This document shows positions 27,540-32,000 of a stretch of DNA of 32,000 nt, piece after piece; the first letter of the stretch is position 1; the number at the start of each line of letters is the position of its first letter. This DNA comes from Faecalibaculum rodentium. Lineage in GTDB: Bacteria > Bacillota_I > Bacilli_A > Erysipelotrichales > Erysipelotrichaceae. The stretch lies in NCBI RefSeq assembly GCF_001564455.1, contig NZ_CP011391.1, forward strand, positions 360,001 to 392,000, in the 5' to 3' direction. A model generated the notes under the pieces. It made no database searches. It saw only the letters and a program-made list of their open reading frames with translations, and had not been told where the DNA came from. The translations under genes and the position numbers were made by a program.

Positions 27540-28614
27540 ATTCGCTGCCGAGCAGTGGATGACCCGCTATGAAACGCTGGCGAAGGTGAACATGACCGAA
27601 ACCAGCTGTGACGCACTGCGTCTGGAAGAACTCGAGGCCCTGGAACCGGGCCTTTTTTCCGAACTGGTGCTGGATTACGGTCCCATCACCGGCAGTGAGG
27701 AACTCAAGCGGCAAATCCTGGCCATGTATGAAACCGGCGGACCGGAAAACATCACCACGGCAGCGGGATGCGTGAATGCCAGCCAGCATGTGATGGATGA
27801 ACTCATTGAACCGGAAGACAGCGTGATGGTGTTCACCCCGGGGTATCAGCAGTTTGCCGGGTACGCCGCCAGCCTCGGGGCGCAGGTGACAGAACTGCAG
27901 CTGGATCCTGCAAACTGGCAGGCGGATCTGGATGCGCTGGAGGAAGCGGCAGAACACAGGGGGCTGGACCTTCTGATCCTGAACCTGCCTGGCAATCCCA
28001 CCGGCACGATCCTGACGGAAGAGCAGCTGCAGCGGGTGATCCGCATTGCGGAAACTCACGATGCGTGGATCCTCTGCGACGAGGTCTACCGCGGTATCGG
28101 AACGGTCATGCCATCCGTAAGCGACCGGTATGAAAAGGGGATCGCCACGGGGTCGCTGTCGAAGGCCCTGGCCTGTCCGGGGATCCGGATCGGCTGGGTG
28201 AAGGGCCCTGGCGCGCTGATCGACCGGCTGAACATCCGCCGGGACTACACCTTCATCGGGGCGGGGCCGCTGAATGACCGCATGGCTGCGGCGGTTCTCC
28301 GCCACCGGGAAGCGGTCCTGGCCCGCAACAATGCCATCGTAAAGCAGAACACTGCGGCGCTTCGAGCGTGGCTCCAGGACAATCCTTCGTATTCCTGTGT
28401 GATTCCCGAAGCAGGATCTGTGGCGCTTCTGCGGCTGCCTGAGGGGGTGGATGACGAGGACTTCGCGCTGCAGCTGATGGAGAAAGCCGGGCTGTTCTTT
28501 GTGCCGGGGCGTTTTTTCGGGGCGCCGGGGACCCTGCGGCTGGGGCTGGGCAGGCCGCCTGAAGTCTTTATGAAAGGGCTTACTCTTCTGGCCGGATTTG
28601 CCTGGGGTTCATAG
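27529..28614 (+). CDS. Class I/II PLP-dependent aminotransferase, specificity unknown
   Basis: ATG at 27529 overlaps the ATPase gene by 11 nt. Motifs [15 protein letters not shown] and the PLP-lysine region [16 protein letters not shown]. Confidence 0.8.
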   Translation: MLSEFAAEQWMTRYETLAKVNMTETSCDALRLEELEALEPGLFSELVLDYGPITGSEELKRQILAMYETGGPENITTAAGCVNASQHVMDELIEPEDSVMVFTPGYQQFAGYAASLGAQVTELQLDPANWQADLDALEEAAEHRGLDLLILNLPGNPTGTILTEEQLQRVIRIAETHDAWILCDEVYRGIGTVMPSVSDRYEKGIATGSLSKALACPGIRIGWVKGPGALIDRLNIRRDYTFIGAGPLNDRMAAAVLRHREAVLARNNAIVKQNTAALRAWLQDNPSYSCVIPEAGSVALLRLPEGVDDEDFALQLMEKAGLFFVPGRFFGAPGTLRLGLGRPPEVFMKGLTLLAGFAWGS

Positions 28615-28662
28615 AATTGTGCTATGTTTCATGATAGAATATGCCGGCAAGGGGTGTTGGAA

Positions 28663-29157
28663 ATGAAGAGATCATGGATGGCGGTTCTGTGCCTTGTTCT
28701 GGCCGGCTGTGTCCGCGTGGGAGGCGGGCAGACGGGAGAAAACCGGGAAGTCACGGACAGTGCCGATACAGTGAAACAGGTCATGACCTGCACGTCGGAG
28801 GCGGGCAGTTATGAATTCAACGCACAGGGGGACCAGGTCACAAAATCTGTGCAGACCGAAAGCGTTTCCTTTGAGGAACTGGGCCTGGAACAGGGTGCGG
28901 ATGCGGCAAAGATCGAAGAAGCGATCACCCGGGTGCTGGCAGAATCCTACGGCAGCCTGGAAGGCGTTGATGCCTCGGGTGCCGTGAAGGATGGCCGCGT
29001 GGAGATGACGGTTTCCATTGATTATGAGACTGCCGACCACCAGGCGCTGATCGACGCCGGTCTGCTGGAACCCGGAGAACTGGACTCCCAGTACGTCAGT
29101 CTGGAACGGACGCAGTCGGAACTGCAGTCCCAGGGGTTTGCCTGCAGGGTCGGATAA
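28663..29157 (+). CDS. Lipoprotein, possibly the DUF1307/YehR-like family
   Basis: Signal peptide with lipobox (LVLAGC). About 145-aa acidic mature protein. The family assignment is from memory of overall pattern only. Confidence 0.6.
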   Translation: MKRSWMAVLCLVLAGCVRVGGGQTGENREVTDSADTVKQVMTCTSEAGSYEFNAQGDQVTKSVQTESVSFEELGLEQGADAAKIEEAITRVLAESYGSLEGVDASGAVKDGRVEMTVSIDYETADHQALIDAGLLEPGELDSQYVSLERTQSELQSQGFACRVG

Positions 29158-29874
29158 ATGCGCTACTACATCGCCGACTGCCACTTCTGGCACGCGGCCC
29201 TGAACGATCATATGGACTGCCGGGGGTTTGCATCTGTCGGCGAAATGAATGAGCACATGATCGAGTGCTGGAACCGGCGGGTCAGGCCCTGTGACGAGGT
29301 GGTGATCCTGGGTGACCTGAGCTGGGGAGATGCAGCCAGGACCACCGAAATTCTTGAGCGGCTGAACGGCCGTCTGTATCTCGTCCGCGGTAATCATGAC
29401 AGGTATCTGAAGGATCCTGCCTTCGATGCCTCCCGGTTTGAATGGATCCGTGACTATGCAGAGCTGAGTGACAACCGCCGCAAGGTGGTCCTGTCCCACT
29501 ATCCCATGGCCTGCTACAACGGACAGTACCGGTTGGATGAACAGGGCAGTCCCCGCTCCTACATGCTGCATGGACATATCCATGACACGATGGACCAGGC
29601 CCTGCTGGATGCCTGGCAGGATATGGCGTCTTCCACCATGGTCACTGATCCCGGCGGGCGCCGGCGGCCTGTCCCCTGTCACCTGATCAACTGCTTCTGC
29701 CAGTATTCGGGTTACACGCCGCTGACGCTGGATGAATGGATCGAGACAGACAGAAAGAGAAGAGAAACGCAGAAAGAGAGAGAATTTGATGGAGAAACTG
29801 GAGTCAAGGAAGGGTGCCAAGGCGCTGTATGTCCAGATCAAGGACATATACCGGCGCAGGATCCTGGAAGGTGA
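29158..29874 (+). CDS. Metallophosphoesterase (calcineurin-like phosphoesterase superfamily)
   Basis: All signature motifs are present: DCHFWH (DxH), ILGDLS (GD), RGNHD (GNHD), LHGHIH (GH). The basic, low-complexity C-terminal tail overlaps the next gene by 86 nt, so the true C-terminus is uncertain. Confidence 0.75.
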   Translation: MRYYIADCHFWHAALNDHMDCRGFASVGEMNEHMIECWNRRVRPCDEVVILGDLSWGDAARTTEILERLNGRLYLVRGNHDRYLKDPAFDASRFEWIRDYAELSDNRRKVVLSHYPMACYNGQYRLDEQGSPRSYMLHGHIHDTMDQALLDAWQDMASSTMVTDPGGRRRPVPCHLINCFCQYSGYTPLTLDEWIETDRKRRETQKEREFDGETGVKEGCQGAVCPDQGHIPAQDPGR

Positions 29875-30487
29875 CCTGCAGCCCGGTGACAAGATAGAAA
29901 GTGAAACCCAGATTCAGAAGATGTACGGCGTCTCCCGGATCACTGCCCGACAGGCCATTCTGGATCTGGAAAAGGACGGTATGGTCAACCGTGGACGAGG
30001 GCGCGGCACATTTGTCATCTGGAAGCCGGCCATGTCCGAAACCCTGGAAGGGATCCGGGGATTCACGGAAGAAATGCGCCTGCACGGCAGACAGCCCGGC
30101 ACATCCAGCTGGCATGCCAGCACAAGAGCCTGCGGCAGGCGGATGGCGGCAGCCTTCGGCCTGGACCCGGAACAGGAAGCCTTTGTCGTGGAGCGTGTCT
30201 GCACGGCTGACGACATCCGGATTGCATACATCATTTCCTGCTTTCCTGACGGCGGATTCAGCTACCTGGGCGGATCGGTCTATGAGGAAACCGGCGCCCC
30301 GGCCCGGGTGGAGGAAGAGTTCTCGGCCCAGCTGCCGGATGAGGAAGTGGTGTCCAGTCTGAACATCTCCCGGACACTGCCGGTTCTGGTCCGCAAGCGC
30401 CTCGGGTTTGACAGCGAGGGCAGAGTCATGGAGTATTCCCTGACCTACTACCGCAGCGACCTGTATTCCTGGAACCGCACACAGTGA
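29789..30487 (+). CDS. GntR-family regulator, HutC subfamily (wHTH + UTRA domain)
   Basis: ATG at 29789 follows a purine-rich AGAGAGAGAA stretch. wHTH is ESETQIQKMYGVSRITARQAILDLEKDGMVNRGRGRGTFV. The C-terminal UTRA-like domain is about 150 aa. Confidence 0.8.
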   Translation: MEKLESRKGAKALYVQIKDIYRRRILEGDLQPGDKIESETQIQKMYGVSRITARQAILDLEKDGMVNRGRGRGTFVIWKPAMSETLEGIRGFTEEMRLHGRQPGTSSWHASTRACGRRMAAAFGLDPEQEAFVVERVCTADDIRIAYIISCFPDGGFSYLGGSVYEETGAPARVEEEFSAQLPDEEVVSSLNISRTLPVLVRKRLGFDSEGRVMEYSLTYYRSDLYSWNRTQ

Positions 30488-30520
30488 TGAGAAGCACCGC
30501 CGCCCGGGGGCTGCGTCAGT

Positions 30521-30556
30521 CTCTTTCCGGCACAGATCCGGGGAGGGGCTTTTTTT
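30521..30556 (+). terminator. Intrinsic terminator after the HutC-type regulator
   Basis: CTCTTTCCGG-CACAGAT-CCGGGGAGGGG stem (with G-U pairs) followed by CTTTTTTT. Confidence 0.55.
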
Positions 30557-30643
30557 CACCGCAGTTGTCTGCCTGGGCGGGTACAGGAAAAGGCGGTGCC
30601 CGCAGGCAGAGAGCAAGAGAATGGAAAGGGCTGGACTGATTCA

Positions 30644-32000
30644 ATGGAAAGGGAAAAACTGGGATCCCGGCTGGGATTCATACTGATTTCGGCGGGATGC
30701 GCGATCGGCATCGGCAATGTCTGGAAGTTCCCCTATGTGGCCGGGCTGTACGGCGGCGGGGTGTTCCTGTTCTTCTACCTGCTGTTTCTGCTGATGCTCG
30801 GACTGCCGGTCATGACCATGGAATTTGCGACCGGCCGGGCTGCCGGAACCAGTCCTGCCCGGCTGCTGGGAAAACTGGAGCCGGCGGGCACGAAATGGCA
30901 CTGGTATACACCCTGTTTCCTGGCAGGCAACTGGCTGCTCATGATGTTCTATACTGTCGTGACGGGCTGGATGCTCCGGTATTTTGCGGATATGGTCGCA
31001 GGACAGTTTGTAAATGCCGGGCAGGAACAGGTAAGTACCCACTATGTGGATATGCTGTCGAATCCGGGTCCCCTGGTGTTCTTCACCATTCTGGTGATTG
31101 TGTCGGGATTCGGCATCTGTGCCCGGGGCCTGCAGGCCGGACTGGAAAGAGTCACGAAATGGATGATGGGCGCCCTGTTGGTCATCATGGTGGTGCTCGC
31201 CGTGAATTCCATGCTGTCCGCCGGGGCTGCAGAAGGCGTGAAGTACCTCTTTGTGCCGGATTTTGCCCGGGCCAGGGAAATCGGCCTGGGCAGTGTCATT
31301 GCAGCCGCGATGAACCAGGCGTTCTTCACGCTGTCCCTGGGGATCGGCGCCATGGCCATCTTCGGATCCTATATCGGCAAGGAGCACCGGCTGTTCGGGG
31401 AATCCGTGCATATCGCCCTCCTGGACACTTTTGTGGCGCTCACGGCAGCCCTGATCGTGATTCCTTCCTGTTTTGCCTACAACGTGGAAACCACCGCCGG
31501 ACCGGGTCTGATTTTTGTCACGCTGCCCAACATCTTTGCGGCCATGCCTCTGGGCAGGCTCTGGGGGTCGCTGTTCTTCCTGTTCCTGAGCTTTGCCGCC
31601 TTTTCCACGATCCTGGCGGTGTTCGAGAACATCATTTCCAGCACCATGGACCTGACCGGGTGGTCACGGAAGAAAACCTGTGCTGTCTGTGCGGCAGCGA
31701 TGATGGTCCTGAGTCTGCCCAGTGCCCTGGGCTTCAATGTCCTCGCCGGGCTCCAGCCGCTGGGAGCCGGAAGCACGATCATGGACCTGGAGGATTTCCT
31801 GGTTTCCAACATCCTGCTGCCCCTGGGATCGCTGGTGTTCGTGGTGTTCTGCACCTGGAAACAGGGCTGGGGCTGGAACCGGTTCACCGAAGAAGCCGAT
31901 ACCGGCCGAGGATTGCGGTTTCCGAAATGGATCCGGACTTATTGCCGGTTCCTGCTCCCGGCAATCATTGCAGTGATCCTGATCACCGGCATTCTCCCCG
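30644..32000 (+). CDS. Sodium-dependent transporter, NSS/SNF family (3' end beyond the window)
   Basis: Not in the ORF track because it has no stop in the window. My own translation from ATG 30644 is open to position 32000: MEREKLGSRLGFILISAGCAIGIGNVWKFPYVAGLYGGGVFLFFYLLFLLMLGLPVMTMEFATGR... It carries the hallmark GNVWKFPY motif, and later NQAFFTLSLGIG. The antisense track ORFs 30641..31411 and 31477..31887 are artefacts. Confidence 0.9.
   Translation, partial: MEREKLGSRLGFILISAGCAIGIGNVWKFPYVAGLYGGGVFLFFYLLFLLMLGLPVMTMEFATGRAAGTSPARLLGKLEPAGTKWHWYTPCFLAGNWLLMMFYTVVTGWMLRYFADMVAGQFVNAGQEQVSTHYVDMLSNPGPLVFFTILVIVSGFGICARGLQAGLERVTKWMMGALLVIMVVLAVNSMLSAGAAEGVKYLFVPDFARAREIGLGSVIAAAMNQAFFTLSLGIGAMAIFGSYIGKEHRLFGESVHIALLDTFVALTAALIVIPSCFAYNVETTAGPGLIFVTLPNIFAAMPLGRLWGSLFFLFLSFAAFSTILAVFENIISSTMDLTGWSRKKTCAVCAAAMMVLSLPSALGFNVLAGLQPLGAGSTIMDLEDFLVSNILLPLGSLVFVVFCTWKQGWGWNRFTEEADTGRGLRFPKWIRTYCRFLLPAIIAVILITGILP

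Overview
The window looks like a chromosomal segment from a moderately high-GC Bacillota (Firmicutes)-type genome. T-box and THF riboswitches, an ECF FolT, lipobox lipoproteins and the UPF0237/UPF0210 pair support that placement; I cannot resolve the taxon further. Order of content: (1) The end of an rRNA operon: 16S 3' tail, a tRNA-less purine-rich spacer, a complete 23S and an intrinsic terminator, with no 5S. (2) A uronate/KDG catabolic locus: GntR/FadR-type regulator, TRAP transporter, KduI/IolB-type isomerase, KduD, a 2-hydroxyacid dehydrogenase, an Eda aldolase fused to a VOC/glyoxalase domain, and KdgK. (3) A decay zone with an SDR pseudogene and a gutted LacI-family pseudogene flanking an intact PfkB fructokinase. 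(4) A small membrane protein, then a THF-riboswitch-controlled folT divergent from pta. (5) An insert of about 5.4 kb with visibly lower GC. It carries an OmpR-type response regulator, an intramembrane-sensing histidine kinase, a MacB-type ABC ATPase, an 824-aa double-FtsX permease and a small Sec-secreted protein. This is my best candidate for something new, possibly a bacteriocin/immunity or peptide-antibiotic sensing cassette. (6) An operon of a hypothetical protein plus the ACT (UPF0237) and UPF0210 proteins. (7) A T-box leader (specifier read as CGU, Arg) controlling a polar amino-acid ABC importer and a class I aminotransferase. (8) A lipoprotein, a metallophosphoesterase, a HutC-type GntR regulator, and an NSS-family Na+-dependent transporter that runs off the window end and is missing from the ORF track. 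I saw no CRISPR array, transposase, integrase or recognisable defence system. Most long minus-strand ORFs in the track are antisense artefacts of high GC. All GC statements are by-eye estimates, and no database search was run.
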